Assembly: GCF_963921235.1 (NCBI RefSeq)
Contig: NC_086108.1
Coordinates: 108,502,001-108,566,000, forward strand
DNA: 64,000 bases
From: Mobula hypostoma
Taxonomy: Eukaryota
Reading direction: 5' to 3'
In this document: piece by piece, positions 34,811 through 48,375 of the stretch
How positions within the stretch are numbered: the first letter of the stretch is position 1
Layout: each line of letters begins with the position of its first letter
Notes under the pieces: model-generated
The model's input: only the letters and a program-made list of their open reading frames with translations
What the model was told of the DNA's origin: nothing
Database searches by the model: none
Program-made: the position numbers and the translations under genes

Positions 34811-36438
34811 CAGATACTGTTATTATTTGTTAATTTATTTGTGGTAATAATACTTTATGTGTTGTGTGTGTGAGTTATATGTACTTCGTTATGCACCTTG
34901 GTCTGGAGAAATGTTGTTTTGTTTGGTAGGATGAATGTTGAACGACAATAAGCCTGAACTTCAACTTGACTGGAATTGGAATAGGGGTCACTGTTACAAT
35001 CCATGTGAGCAGTTCGTGCGACACTTTACAGCAGCTGTGAGATTAGGTTTCGATGCCCGCGGCTGGCTGTGAGGAGTTTTTTACGTTCTTCTGGTGACTG
35101 TGTGGATTTCCTCCAGGTGCTCTGGTTTCCTCCCACATTCCAAGATGTACAGTTAGGGCTAGTGAGTTGTGGGCGTGCGATGTTGGGTCCAGAAGTATGA
35201 CAACACTTGTGGGCTGCCCTGCTCAATCCTCGCTGATTTGATTTGTCCCAAACAATACATTTCACTGTATGCGTTATTGAGTATGCTGCAAATAAAACTA
35301 ATCTTCAAATCTTTACATGTACCGAGATACAGTGAAAAACTTCTCTTTTATACTCTTTGTACAGATCAGATCGTTACACAGCATACTGAGGTAAAACGCT
35401 ATTGCAGCTCGGGGCATTAGAGTTCAGACGTTAATTCCAACATCATTTGCAAGGAGTCTGTACGTCCTCCCTGTGGAATGTGTGGATTTCCTCTGGGTGC
35501 TCCGGTTTCCTCCCACAATCCAGTTAGTGGGATAATTGGTCATTGTAAGTTGTGCCGTGATTCAGCTTAGGGTCAAATCAAGGGTTGCTGGGTGGCCTGT
35601 TCCACATTGTGTCTCAAAAAATAAATAAAATAAAAACAAGGCCAAACCATAACAATGCAGAATAAAGTGTAACACCAACAGAGTAGGTGCAGTGCAGGTA
35701 AACAATAAGACGCAGGATCATAAAGCAGTTGGTTGTGAATTCAAGGGTCTGTCTTATTATACTAGGATATCATTTAACAAGAGTGGGGTAGAAGTTGACG
35801 TTGAGCCTGCTGGTGCATGCTTTCAGGCTTTAGCATCTACTGCCCGATGGAAGAGGGAGAAGAGAGAATGTCCAGGAGAGTTTGGATACACTGGGGCAAT
35901 AGGAGGCAGCAGGTTAACCTCACTGAGGCTTATACAACCATGAGGGACAGAGATCACGTGAATGGCTACAGTCTTTCACCCAGGATCGAGGATTTTAAAA
36001 TTAGATGCCAAAAGTTTGAAATAAGAGGGGGAAGAGTTAGAAGGGATTTGAGGGGAAACTTCTTACACAGTGGGTGATGGGTATGACAGAGTAAGCAACA
36101 GAGCTAGTACAATTATAACATCTAAAAACATTTAAACACTTTGGATGTACAGTAATAGGGTCTTTTAAGAGACTCCTGGACAGGTATGTAGAGCTTGGAG
36201 AAATAGAGGGCTATGGGTAACACTAGGTAATTTCTAAGGTAAGGACATGTTCAGCACAGCTTTGTGAGCTGAAGGACCTGTATTGTGCTGTAGGTTTTCT
36301 ATGTTTTTATGTTTCTACTTGGACAGGGGCAAGAGGAGAAAAGGTGTAGTCCATCACAGGTAAAGCCCTCTCCAACTTTGGGTGCACCAGGAAAGTGGAT
36401 GAAGGCAAGGCATTGGATGTTGTCTTCATGGACTTTAG

Positions 36439-37034
36439 TGTAATCCTCGACTCGGCTAGCGGCTTAATCTAGAAGATGATAGCCCCCCGCCCAACCAAAT
36501 TTAAGAAGTCTTGTTCGGGTGGATGCTGTGCGATGTGTCCCCTGTTACAAATCAGTGCCATGAAATAACAAACAGTACACAATATGTGATTAAATGATTG
36601 AGCTTTATAATTCTTAATTTGACTATATGGTTAGTAAAGAAACAAAAAAAAGAAAAGGGCCCATTCTCATGAAACAGTTTTAATGCACAAACATTGGAGC
36701 TCACAGTGTTGTCCATTTGTTCCCGTCGTCCTCCTCCGATCGTAGCCAACCCTTGGACCATCGGACCCTTGCTCCTCAGTTCACTGCATCCAGCGGTCTA
36801 CCAACTCTGCCATTCATGTCCTCTCTCTTCATCTCTCCCCGACAAAAGACCGTGAAATCCCGGCTCCCAGACACCCAAGAAAGAACAACACCCCTCTCAT
36901 TAGCTAATATACATTCCAAAGTCCCTGTTATCTCTAGTTATAACCCAAATATTGCTGCTACAGAGAAACCATTACCTTAGCCTTAGCAGTGAAACATTAC
37001 AGAGAGGCCATTATATTAGCTGTGAAACCTTGTA
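36439..37034 (-). mobile_element. Solo LTR of the Gypsy family at 56350, inserted in a CR1 RT fragment
   Basis: Reverse complement matches the 56350-56909 LTR (for example aattaagaattataaagct and atgtaatggtttctctgtagc). 4-bp TSD ttag at 36435-36438 and 37035-37038 splits the CR1 MDFS/KAF motif. Confidence 0.85.
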
Positions 37035-37506
37035 TTAGTAAGGCATTTGAGAAGGTCCTGCATGGGAGGCTGGTCGAGAAGGTTCAGTCGCTCAGCATTC
37101 AGAATGGGGTTGTAAATTGGATTAAAGATTGGCTTTGTGCGAGAAGCCAGAGAGTGGTTGTAGAGGGATGCCCGTCTAACTGGAGACCTGTGATGACTGG
37201 TGGAGTGCCGCAGGGATTGGCGCTGGGTCCCTTGTTGTTTGTATTCTATATATCAATGATTTGGATGAGAACGTGGTGAACTGGATCAGCAAATTTGTAG
37301 ATGACACCGAGATTGGAGCTGTAGTGGACAGCGAGGAAGGCTATCATGGCTTGCAGAGGGATCTGCATCAGCTGGAAAAATAGGCTGAAAAATGGCAGAT
37401 AAAATTTAATGCAGACAAGTGCAAGGTGTTGCATTTTAGTAGGACCAATCAAGGGTAGGTCTTACTGAACGATTGGGCACTAAGGAGTGTTGTAGAACCT
37501 GGGTAA

Positions 37507-38630
37507 ACATAGAAACATAGAAACTAGAAAACATACAGCATAATACAGGCCCTTCGGCCCACAAAGCTGTGCTGAAAATGTCCTTACCTCAGAAATTACC
37601 TAGGGTTACCCATAGCCCTCTATTTTTCTAAGCTCCATGTATCCATCCAGGAGTCTCCTGAAAGACCCTATCATTTCCGCCTCCACTGCCGCTGGCGGCA
37701 GCCCATTCCACGCACTCACCACTCTCTGCATAAAAAACTTACCCCTGAAAGCTCCTCTGTACTTACGCACAAGCACATTAAAACTGTGCCCTCTCATGCT
37801 AGCGATTTCAGCCCTGGGAAAAAACCTTTGACTTTGCCTCTCATCATGACCAATGCCTCTCATCATCTTATACACCTCTATCAGGTCACCTCTCATCCTC
37901 CATCTCTCCAAGGAAAAAAGGCTGAGTTCACTCAACCTATTCTCATAAGGCATGCTCCCAAATCCAGGCAACATCCTTGTAAATCTCCTTTTCACCCTTT
38001 CTATGGTTTCCACATCCTTCCTACACTGAGGTGACCAGAACTGAGCACAGTACTCCAAGTGGGGTCTGACCAGGGTCCTATATAGCTGCAACATTACCTC
38101 TTGGCTCCTAAACTCAATTCCATGATTGATGAAGGCCAAGGCACTGTATACTTTCTTAACCACACAGTCAACCTGCGCAGCAGCTTTGAGTGTCCTATGG
38201 ACTTGGACCTCAAGATCGCTCTGATCCTCCACACTGCCAAGAGTCTTACCATTAATACTATATTCTGCCATCATATTTGACCTACCAAAATGAAACACTT
38301 CACACTTATCTGGGTTGAACTCCATCTGCCACTTCTCAGCCCAGTTTTGCATCCTATGAATATCCTGCTGTAACCTTTGACAGCCCTCCACACTATCCAC
38401 AACACCCCCAACCTTTGTGTCATCAGCAAATTCACTAACCCATCCCTCCACTTCTTCGTTCAGTTCATTTATAAAAATCACGAAGAGTAAGGGTCCCAGA
38501 ACAGATCCCTGAGGTACAAACCTGGTCACCAGCCTCCATGCAGAATATGACCCGTTCACAGCCACTCCTTGCCTTCTGTGGCGAGCCAGTTCTGGATTAG
38601 TCACATCCTCAAAAAATTCAATCAGGCTCG
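37507..38630 (-). mobile_element. CR1 LINE (family B), 5'-truncated, nested in an older CR1 fragment
   Basis: ORF 37606-38604 with VPQGSVLGP and EFADD. (catagaaa)n tail. Confidence 0.92.
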
Positions 38631-38709
38631 TATACAGGTCCTTAGTTCATTAAAAGTGGCATCACAGGTAATTAGGAACAAAAAGAAAACATTTCACACA
38701 TTGGCCATC

Positions 38710-38975
38710 ATGACACCCTGACACTACACTACATTACTGTGATGCCCTGACACTACACGACATTACCGTGACACCCTGACACTACACGACATTACCGTGA
38801 CACCCTGACACTACACTACGTTACCGTGACGCCCTGACGCTACACTATGTTACTGTTCCTCCCTGTCATTATGTTACTGGACCTGCTTGTCACTACATCA
38901 CCATTATGCCCTGTCACTACTTCACCGAGTCTTCCTGTCACCACGTTACCATGCTGCCAAGTCACTACGTCACCC
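38710..38975. repeat. 29-bp minisatellite (gacaccctgacactacacgacattaccgt), about 5 units then degenerate
   Basis: Tandem units read directly at 38712-38856. Confidence 0.9.
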
Positions 38976-40734
38976 TGCAGCTGCTATTTGATCCACTGAA
39001 TTCCTGCAATAGATCGTTTGTTTCAATAACTCAGAAGCTACACGGGAACACCAGAAAACAGGTGCAAAAGTAGGGAACACATGCAAAACACTGGAGGAAC
39101 TCAGCAGGTCAGGCTGCATCTATGGAGTAGAAAAACTGTCAATGTTTCGGGTTGAGACCCTTCGGCAGGACTGGAAAGGAAGGGGGCAGAAGCCAGAACA
39201 AGAAGCTGGGACAGTGATGAACATGAGCAAGCATCTTTGCTTCATCCACAAGTGGGATTTCCTGGCGGCAAAACATTTTAATTCTGAAACGTCAACTCTA
39301 CTTCTTTTCCATAGATGCTGCCTGGCCTTCTGACTTCCTCAAGCATTTTGGGTCGGTCCTTTGAACTGGTCTATTTTAAATGGGAAGTCTTTTGTCTATT
39401 TGTTGCTCTGATCCACACACAACATGAGAGAAAATAAACAGTGGCCGGGTGAAGTGCGATACCCTGGGGCCAGTTTAGACACTTCCCACAGTTATTGTGC
39501 AACACAGTTCTGAGATGACTTTCAATCCATGGTGTCACACTGCCGTGTCTCCTTAAGGCAAAATCTGCAATTTTCACCTCGATAACACTGGACAATAATC
39601 TTTTCTGAACATGTTGCTTCCTCAGAAATTTGTTTATAGTACACAGCTTGAAAAGGAACACAAGTATAATTTCAAACTGCATGTAATGTGCAGGAACATA
39701 GAGAAACAAGAAATTAACTTTTATTGAATAGAATGCATTTAATTGCATAACAGTGTTGACAGTTTTCAATATTTAAGATACAGTTAGATAGATTTTCACA
39801 TAGGGGAATTAAGGGTTTATGGGGAAAAGGCAGGTGGATAGAGCTGAGTTTACGGACAGATCAGTCATGATCTTATTGAATGGTGGGGCAGGCTCGATGG
39901 GCTGGATGGCTAACTCCTGCTCCTATTTCTTATGTTCCAATGTATTTAATCTAAGCTAAAATGTTCTGTTGATGATTTTGGGTTGTACTCTGTGTTAGAG
40001 GCTTCTCGCTTCTGTCCAACAATAATCAGCCGGCACTGATGGATTCCAGTTACTCTCTCACTGTTTCTCCATGACTGCAATGTCCTGGTGAAACCTTTCA
40101 CCATGCTCGTCACTGACAGAGCCTAGATTTGCAGGGAAGAAATCTAAATGGGAATGCAGAAAATGAATCTCAGTGACATTTTACACTTCATGGTTTCAGT
40201 TTACACTTTGGGCAACATTTTCATTGACTTGAATTATGAATTGATATAACAAATATAGGCAATTTCAAACAAATGGTGCATGATAAGAGAAATTCATGGT
40301 AGTTTTCAGAAACAGCAGTCCAAAATCCATAAGATACACCCAAAAATATTCAGGAAGTGAAATCTTTGTTGTCTAGTGTAATCAGAATCCAGACTGTACA
40401 CGTGTGTCCATGTAGAGGAAACGTGTTAGGGGAAATGAACACCTAGAGAAACAAAAGGAAATATTAATTATGAAAGACTATAACTAATTAGTGAGAGAAC
40501 TGTAGAAGAGCAGGAGGAAACTACTCAACTTCAATTAGATCACAACTGAGATTTGTTTCAATTCCTTCATCTGTCTTGTACTGTATCCCTGGGTACTCCA
40601 TTCCAAAACAAATTCATTAATCTTGTTCTTGGAAACTTGAAATAGCCCAGAATTCATTTTCATTTGATTGTCTCCATGACCTTATAACGTGAAAAAGTGC
40701 TTCCTTACTTCACCTCTGAGATTAGATTCAAGGA

Positions 40735-41080
40735 TGGTGGGTGGGGATATGACTCTCCCAAAGGAGGTGTAAGGCGCACCTTTGGGTCTGCAGTCACCCT
40801 TGGGCAAGGTGTAGCACCTGCTTAGCCCCTCCCCCCAATCAGGGTCACGTGAAGCCATGGGAGCAGGTGGTGCATATCACAAGTCCTGGTCATGTGACTA
40901 CCGAAGGCGGACAATTTCTGAACAGTACTGATAACGGCTAGGGGGTCACCCGTCCTGTAAAGTCACTGCCCAGAAGAAGGCAATGGTAAACCACTTTTGC
41001 AGAAAAATTTGCAAAGAATCATGGAAAGACCATGTTCGCCCATGTCATATAACACGGCACATAACGAATGAACGAATGAA
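40735..41080 (+). mobile_element. RTE-related SINE-like repeat. Other copies at about 55505-55820 and 62960-63335
   Basis: Three copies share gtcacccttgggcaaggtgtagcacc...cccagaagaaggcaatggcaaaccact, which resembles the RTE/BovB-associated SINE motif, and end in microsatellite tails. Confidence 0.6.
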
Positions 41081-42365
41081 GATTAGATTTGTCATATGTA
41101 CATCTGAAACATAAAATCATACAGGGACTGTTCTTCTCCTCCATCAGATTTCCGAATGGACAATGAACCCATGTACACCACCTTACTTTTTTATTTTTTG
41201 CATCTTTTTACACTAATAATTTTATTTATTTTTGACATATATATTACTTATTGTATGTGTCCCTACCATCTGGGCCACACTCTCTTCTCACTACCACCGT
41301 TGGCTCGGAGGTCCCACTCAAAATGTTCAGGAACAGTAATCACCCTTCAACTCATGTTCTCAGTATTATTTTATTTGCACGATTTGGCTTCTTTGGCACG
41401 TCGATTGATTGCCTGTCCTTGCTTATGTCACAATATGCACTCACAGGACTGGACCCAAGTGTGCAGGAATGGCAGATTCCCCACGAAGAGACGGAAACAA
41501 GAGGTTAGACATAGATACAGGAAGAGCCATGCCAGTCTCAATTAACTGACCAGATTAATCAGAAAGCAAAGGGCTTAACGAGTCTCATTAAGACAACAAT
41601 TAGTAAGTACAGGTGCTCGAGAAGCTTGGAAGCCCAGTGTTCCGTGACAAGCACAGGGGTCTGCAGGCTCTTGACAGTTTATGTATAGATTTTCATAAAT
41701 TCTAATGTCTTCATTTATTTTCCTGTGAATGTCTGCAAGAAAATGAATCTCATTGTAGTATATGGTAACATATATGTACCTTGATAACAAACTTACTTTG
41801 ACATTGACTGATTCCTGACAAGAGCTGTTGCCAGGGGATAGGTGGGAATGATGGGTTGAGACTGCAGTTAGACCAGCCAGGAAGCATAATGCAAGGCTAA
41901 GTGGCTGATTACTCAATTGTACTCATGTTCCAAAATACAGAGGAAATATTTTTCCCATATTTACCCTATTATCGCAAGTTCTCCCATAATCCACTCCTCA
42001 AAATGTTGTCCATCTGGAAATAAAATCCAACCTTATGCAGGCTGTTCTCACAAAATCAACCTTTCACCCAGTTAACTCTGCTGAATCTCCCCTCCCTCCA
42101 TTTCAGTAACCACAGTGTGCTGAATGGTCATTGAGTCTCAGTTTCAGAGCAGAGCAATAGGTCCTTCATTCCACCTGGCCTTCTGCCTTGTCCAATTTTG
42201 CTGCTTCCATATGTCACTGGACCCCTCCCTTCTACGTACTTTTCAAAGCTCTCTTAAATGTGTCAATTGAACCTGCGTCCAGCACTTCCACTGGCAGCTC
42301 GTTCCACACTCTTGCCACCCTCTGAGTGAAGAAATTCAAAGAAAAAAAAGATTAGGTCTCTGTTT

Positions 42366-43012
42366 TAGATTATCAGATTAGATTAGATTATGAGGATATG
42401 CAGTCCCCTTTTATTGTCATTTAGTAATGCATGCATTAAGAAATGATACGATGTTTTTCCAGAATGATATCACAGAAACACATGACAAACTGACTTAAAA
42501 ACTAACAAAAACCACATAATTATAACATATAGTTACAACAGTGCAAAGCAATACCGTAATTTGATAAGAACAGACCATGGCACGGTAAAAGTCTCAAAGT
42601 CTCTCGAAAGTCCCATCATATCATCCCATCAATCTCCAGTGCCGCCGTCTTGCCGATGCAGCATCCTGGAAGCATCCAACCACAGTCCGAATCAGAGACG
42701 GCCGAAAACTCCGAGCCTCCAACTGGCTCTCCGACACCGAGCACCGAGCACCATCTCTGCCGAGCGCTTCGACCCCGACCCCGGCAACAGGCAACAGGCA
42801 AAGCCGAAGATTTGGAGCCTTCCCCTCCGGAGATTCTCAGTCGCACAGTAGCAGCGGCAGTGAAGCGGGCATTTCAGAAGTTTCTCCAGGTGTTCCTCCG
42901 TGCTTCTCACGGCTGTCTCCTTCAAATCAGGATTGTGCACAGCCCCCTAGTTAACACATATCGATATTCATTCGGAATGGCCGCTCGCGCTGCATCGCAC
43001 CGCCATCTTCTC
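42366..43012 (-). mobile_element. Non-autonomous retroposon with (TCTAA)n tail and CpG-rich 5' part
   Basis: ttaga repeats at 42366-42390 and 5' start aagatggcg on the minus strand near 43009. No recognisable ORF. Confidence 0.5.
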
Positions 43013-43699
43013 CTCCCTCCTTCCAGCACCACCATAGCATGTAAAACAACTCTTTTATCCTAAACTGTACATCTTTGGACTGTGGGCAGAAACCCATGCA
43101 GTCATGGAGAGAATATACAAACTCTTTATAGATAGTGGCAGGAATCAAAACCCTAATCTTATGGACGGTACTGTAAAGAATGATGCTAAATGCTACGTTA
43201 TGTTGCCACCGACACATCTGGCTGGACCTTGTAGGCATCTCCAACACCTTCTACTATGTTTCAAATTGCCAGTTTCTTTTTAGCAATATATCTTTCCCAA
43301 ACTTTATATGCCTGTAATTGAATGAACATACCTTTGTCCATTCATCTCATCTGTCCAAAATTGCATGATATATCTTATGCCCGAAAATGAAGGAAAATAC
43401 CTTTGCCAAAGTTTATACTCAAAACATTGCTTTCCCTTCTTTTTGCTTTGAGTGAAGACCAACACCTTTCGCAAAGTTTATGGCCAGAAAGTCTGTTCTC
43501 CATATGTTACATGTGCAGCAGAACGGAAACATCGTTTCCCCCATTCCAAATTCAACCAATATTTAGTTGAAGGCCAGCATTCCATTTTGATTTCTGTTTG
43601 AATTCAGTGCCTGACATCACCATGCTGGTTCACAATTGCTAATCCACCACTGATGCAACGAAAAAAAAGTATATTTTATGACATATGTGAGTGATCACA

Positions 43700-44050
43700 A
43701 ACCTGATTCTGATACGGGTCTGTAACATGGACTGAGAGTGGGAAGGGGGCAGGGAGAGGGTTGGGAAAAGGGGAGGGGAGAGGGGAGGGAGTTGGAAGCA
43801 CCAGAGAAACATTCTGCAATGATTAATAAATGAATTGTTTGGAATCAAATGACTTTGACTGTTGTTTCAGGACTGGGTATGTCTGCACTTGGGCCACCCC
43901 AGTCCTTTTCTGTCAACTGCCCCACACCCCTCCCACAGTGCTCCACCCTCACCATTCCCAACATCCTTTGCTCCCGCCAGATTTACCACTCACTCTCTCT
44001 GCTCCACATTGACAAGTACAGTACTGTGCAGAAGTCTCAGGCTCCCTAAT
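43700..44050 (+). repeat. Unclassified dispersed repeat, with an inverted copy at about 45010-45370
   Basis: Shared motifs gactgagagtgggaa..., cattcccaacatcctt and acagtactgtgca in opposite orientations. Confidence 0.6.
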
Positions 44051-45370
44051 TATAGAGTGTAAGTGTGCCCAAGACTTTTGGACAGTACTATAGAAGGGGA
44101 TGTCAATATGATTCCCATTGGGGATGGGTTGTGGATCATACCTGTTCAGCTTAGAATGAAATTACACATATGTGCCCACTGACCTTACTTTTTGAAGGAG
44201 GTTTATTCAGTGATCATGGTATCACGTTGTAATGGGAACAGAGACATTTACAAGGAGCACTGCCACAAGACAGCAGCATCCATTTTCATGGAGCCCCACC
44301 ATCCAGGCCATGCTCTCTTCTTGCTACTACCATCAGGAAAGAGGTACCTAAGCCTTAGGCCCTGCACCACCAAGAACAATTAGCACCCTTCAGCCATCAG
44401 GTTCTTGGACCAGCGTGGATAACTTCACTCACCACAGCTCTCACTTGATTCGATGACCCACGGGCTCACTTTCAAATACTCTACAACTCGTGTGCTCAGT
44501 ATTATTTATTTTTGTCTTTGCTCTGTTTGCACATTGGTTGTTAGTCAGTCTCAGTTTGTAGTATAGTTTTTCTTAAATTCTATTGTATTTCTTTACTTTG
44601 CTGTAAACACCTGCAAGAAAATGAATCTCAGTGTAGTATATGGTGACACATATGTAAAGACTTCGATAATAAATTTACTCCAATTTTGACATTATTACAA
44701 TATTACAGTTTTCCACTATTCAGACTATTTACAGTTTCAAATTATAACAGTCTTTTCTCTGTAAGGGCTACAGTCGAGCCCTGGGGTGCCAAGCAGTCAC
44801 CGAAATCCCCCTTGTACCTGTGGGCACTCCTTACTCCCCTAGAGACACCAGGTACAGATGTATCCCTGGAAGAGGGGTCTCGGCCCAAAACGTCGACTGT
44901 GCTTCTTCCCATGGACGCTGTCTGGCCTGCTGCGTTCCACCAGCATCTTGTGTGTGTTGCTAATATTGCAGTTGCCTCTTTACTACAGTACTGCCCATTA
45001 AGTCTTAGGTTAGGGCGCCAAAGACCTTTGCACAGTACTGCTTTTGTCAACATGGAATGGCAAGCAAGTTTGTAAATCCAGCAGGAGAAAAGGATGTTGG
45101 GAATGGTGACTGGGAATGGGAGGCCTCAGAAGGGCTCTGGGACACATGGCAGAGAAGGACTGCCGGGGGGGTTGCTGGTGCATCCAGCCCGAGACACCAG
45201 GGATGGTTATTTGAGTCCAAATAATTTGTTTATTACTCATTACAGAACATCTCTCTGGTACTTCCTGGTGCTTCTCCTCACCTTTCCCTTTCTCCCAACC
45301 ATGCTTCCCCTCTCCCTGTCCCTTTCCCACTCTCAGTCCACAACAGAGGCCCACATCGAAATCATGTTTA

Positions 45371-46664
45371 CATAGAAACATAGAAACATAGAAAATAGGT
45401 GCAGGAGTAGGCCATTCGGCCCTTCGAGCCTGCACCGCCATTTATTATGATCATGGCTGATCATCCAACTCAGAACCCAGCCTTCCCTCCATACCCCCTG
45501 ACCCCTGTAGCCACAAGGGCCATATCTAACTTCCTTTTAAACATAGCTAATGAACTGGCCTCAACAGTTTGCTGTGGCAGAGAATTCCACAGATTCACCA
45601 CTCTCTGTGTGAAGAAGTTTTTCCTAACCTCGGTCCTAAAAGGCTTCCCCTCTATCCTCAAACTGTGACCCCTCGTTCTAGACCTCCCCAACATCGGGAA
45701 CAATCTTCCCGCATCTAGCCTGTCCAATCCCTTTAGGATCTTATACGTTTCAATCAGATCCCCCCTCAATCTTCTAAATTCCAACGAGTACAAGCCCAGT
45801 TCATCCAGTCTTTCTTCATATGAAAGACCTGCCATCCCAGGAATCAATCTGGTGAACCTTCTTTGTACTCCCTCTATGGCAAGGATGTCTTTCCTCAGAT
45901 TAGGGGACCAAAACTGCACACAATACTCCAGGTCTCACCAAGGCCTTGTACAACTGCAGTAGTACCTCCCTGCTCCTGTACTCGAATCCTCTCGCTATAA
46001 ATGCCAGCATACCGTTCGCCTTTTTCACCGCCTGCTGTACCTGCGTGCCCACTTTCAATGACTGGTGTATAATGACACCCAGGTCTCGTTGCACCTCCCC
46101 TTTTCCTAATCGGCCACCATTCAGATAATAATCTGTTTTCCTATTTTTGCCACCAAAGTGGATAACTTCACATTTATCCACATTAAATTGCATCTGCCAT
46201 GAATTTGCCCACTCACCCAACCTATCCAAGTCACCCTGCATCCTCTTAGCATCCTCCTCACTGCTAACACTGCCGCCCAGCTTTGTGTCATCCGCAAACT
46301 TGGAGATGCTGCATTTAATTCCCTCATCCAAGTCATTAATATATATTGTGAACAACTGGGGTCCCAGCACTGAGCCTTGCGGTACCCCACTAGTCACCGC
46401 CTGCCATTCTGAAAAGGTCCCGTTTATTCCCACTCTTTGCTTCCTGTCTGCTAACCAATTCTCCACCCACACCAATACCTTACCCCCAATACCGTGTGCT
46501 TTAAGTTTGCACACTAATCTCCCGTGTGGGACCTTGTCAAAAGCCTTTTGAAAATCCAAATATACCACATCCACTGGTTCTCCCCTATCCACTCTACTAG
46601 TTACATCCTCAAAAAATTCTATGAGATTCGTCAGACATGATTTTCCTTTCACAAATCCATGCTG
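45371..46664 (-). mobile_element. CR1 LINE (family A), 5'-truncated and young
   Basis: Near-identical to 10880-12180. A 5-nt deletion near 45930 causes a frameshift. TSD tgttta at 45365-45370 and 46663-46668. Confidence 0.95.
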
Positions 46665-47719
46665 TTTATCATCACTCACATGTCATTAAATTTTTTTTTG
46701 CTGCAGCAACACAGGGCAATGCATAAAATTACTACAGTACCCTGCCTCAGACTTTTGCACAGTATTGTATATTTACCTGTCATAACTGTGGGAAGAAAGC
46801 AACCCAGTAAAATCCCACAAACAGCAATTGTATGAGTGATCAGATAATCCACATTGACTGTACTGTTTGAGATATAAATACCAGACAAGAGGATGGAAAG
46901 GCATTTCCCGTTCCTCCAAATCGCTCCATTCACCTGAGAGAGAAGAGAGAGAGGCTGAGTGAAACATCTCAGCCAGCGGTCTCTAATTCCAATGCTGAAC
47001 TCTTGTTAAAACAATCCTTCAGTTTCCCTCTTGCACCTCGTCTTCTCTGACTACAGTGAGTAAAAAATAAAGGGCTTTTTATTCTAAGCGAGCGGTGAAG
47101 ATTATCTACTTTCAATCTCCAAGACCTTTAAGAACTAATTAATCCCATAGATACATCAGCCTTCACAGTTTCAAAGTAATATTTTGCATATGGGTTTCTT
47201 TACAGGTCCACAGCAGCTGCTACTGGGACATTCAACCTCTGCGAAGTGGAAATGAGGGTAAGTCCCAGAAAAAATGGGACAGCACAGTAGCCCAGGCATT
47301 AGCGCATCGTTTTACAGCACAAGTGGTCACCGATCGGAGGGTCAGTTCCTGCCTCTGTCTGTAAATACTTTGTTCGTTCTCCCCGAGACCGCGTGGGTTT
47401 CCAGAGTGCTCAAGTTTCCTCCTGCATTCCAAGGACAGATGGGTTAGGGTTAGTGAGTTGTGGGCATTCTACATTGGTGCCGGAACTCTGGCTACACATA
47501 CGGGCTGCCCCGGAACATTCTCGGATTGTGTTAGCAACACACACAAAATGCTGGAGGAACTCAGCAGGTCAGGCAGCATCAATGGAAAAAAATACAGTCG
47601 ACATTTCAGTCTGAGACCCTTTGGCAGTACTCCTCGGATTGTGTTGACCATTGATGCAAAGAACACATTTCATTGTATGTTTCAATGCTTCAATGTACAT
47701 GCGACAGATAAAAAATAAA

Positions 47720-48027
47720 TAAAGGCATCCATTAATCTTGCGAGACCATGGATCTGCGCCTGGGAAGTCTTCACTCTCCAGGGCACAGGCCTGGGCAAGG
47801 TTGTATGAAAGACCAGCAGTTACCCATGCTGCAAGTCTCCCCCCTCCACGACACCAGTGTTGCCCAAGGGAAGGGCATTAGGACCCATACAGCTTGGCAC
47901 CAGTGTCGTCATAGAGCAATGTGTGATTAAGTGCCTTGCTCAAGGACACAACACATTGCCTCACTGGGGCTCGAACCCATGACCTTCAGGTTGCTAGTCC
48001 AATGCCTTAACCACTTGGCCATGTGCG
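47720..48027 (-). mobile_element. tRNA-headed SINE
   Basis: Minus strand has A box TGGCCAAGTGG and B box GGTTCGAGCC in a tRNA-like head, followed by a non-tRNA body. Confidence 0.7.
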
Positions 48028-48097
48028 ACAGATAAATTTACTCTTTAATGGCCCCGGTATAGGATGAAGTTGTTCGCAAAGAACAAAAGATGGACCG

Positions 48098-48375
48098 TGG
48101 GAGAGAGAGAAGGAGAAGAAAGTGAAAGGGAGAGCAGGAGGGAGAGAAAGAGAAAGAAAGAGAGGGAGAGAGAGGGATTGAGAGAAAGAGAGGATAAAGA
48201 AAGGGAGGGAGAGAGAGAAAGAGGAAGAGACAGAGGAAGAAAGAGAGAGGGGGAGAGAGGCAGAGAAAGAAAGAGAGATACTGACAGAGACGAAGAGAAA
48301 GAGATGGGCAGAGAGAGAGAAAATAGGATAAAGAGAGTGAATGTAGTTTTAAGCAAAGGAGAAAGAGAAAGAGGC
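48098..48375. repeat. Purine-rich (GA)n low-complexity tract
   Basis: Almost exclusively A and G on the + strand. Confidence 0.92.

Noticed and set aside
39371..39769. Kinase-like 'VKIADFAL' in a minus-strand ORF
   Set aside because: No HRD, APE or other kinase motifs at the expected spacing. Likely chance.
47960..48027. tRNA gene
   Set aside because: A and B boxes are present, but there is no convincing acceptor stem and the sequence continues into a SINE body.
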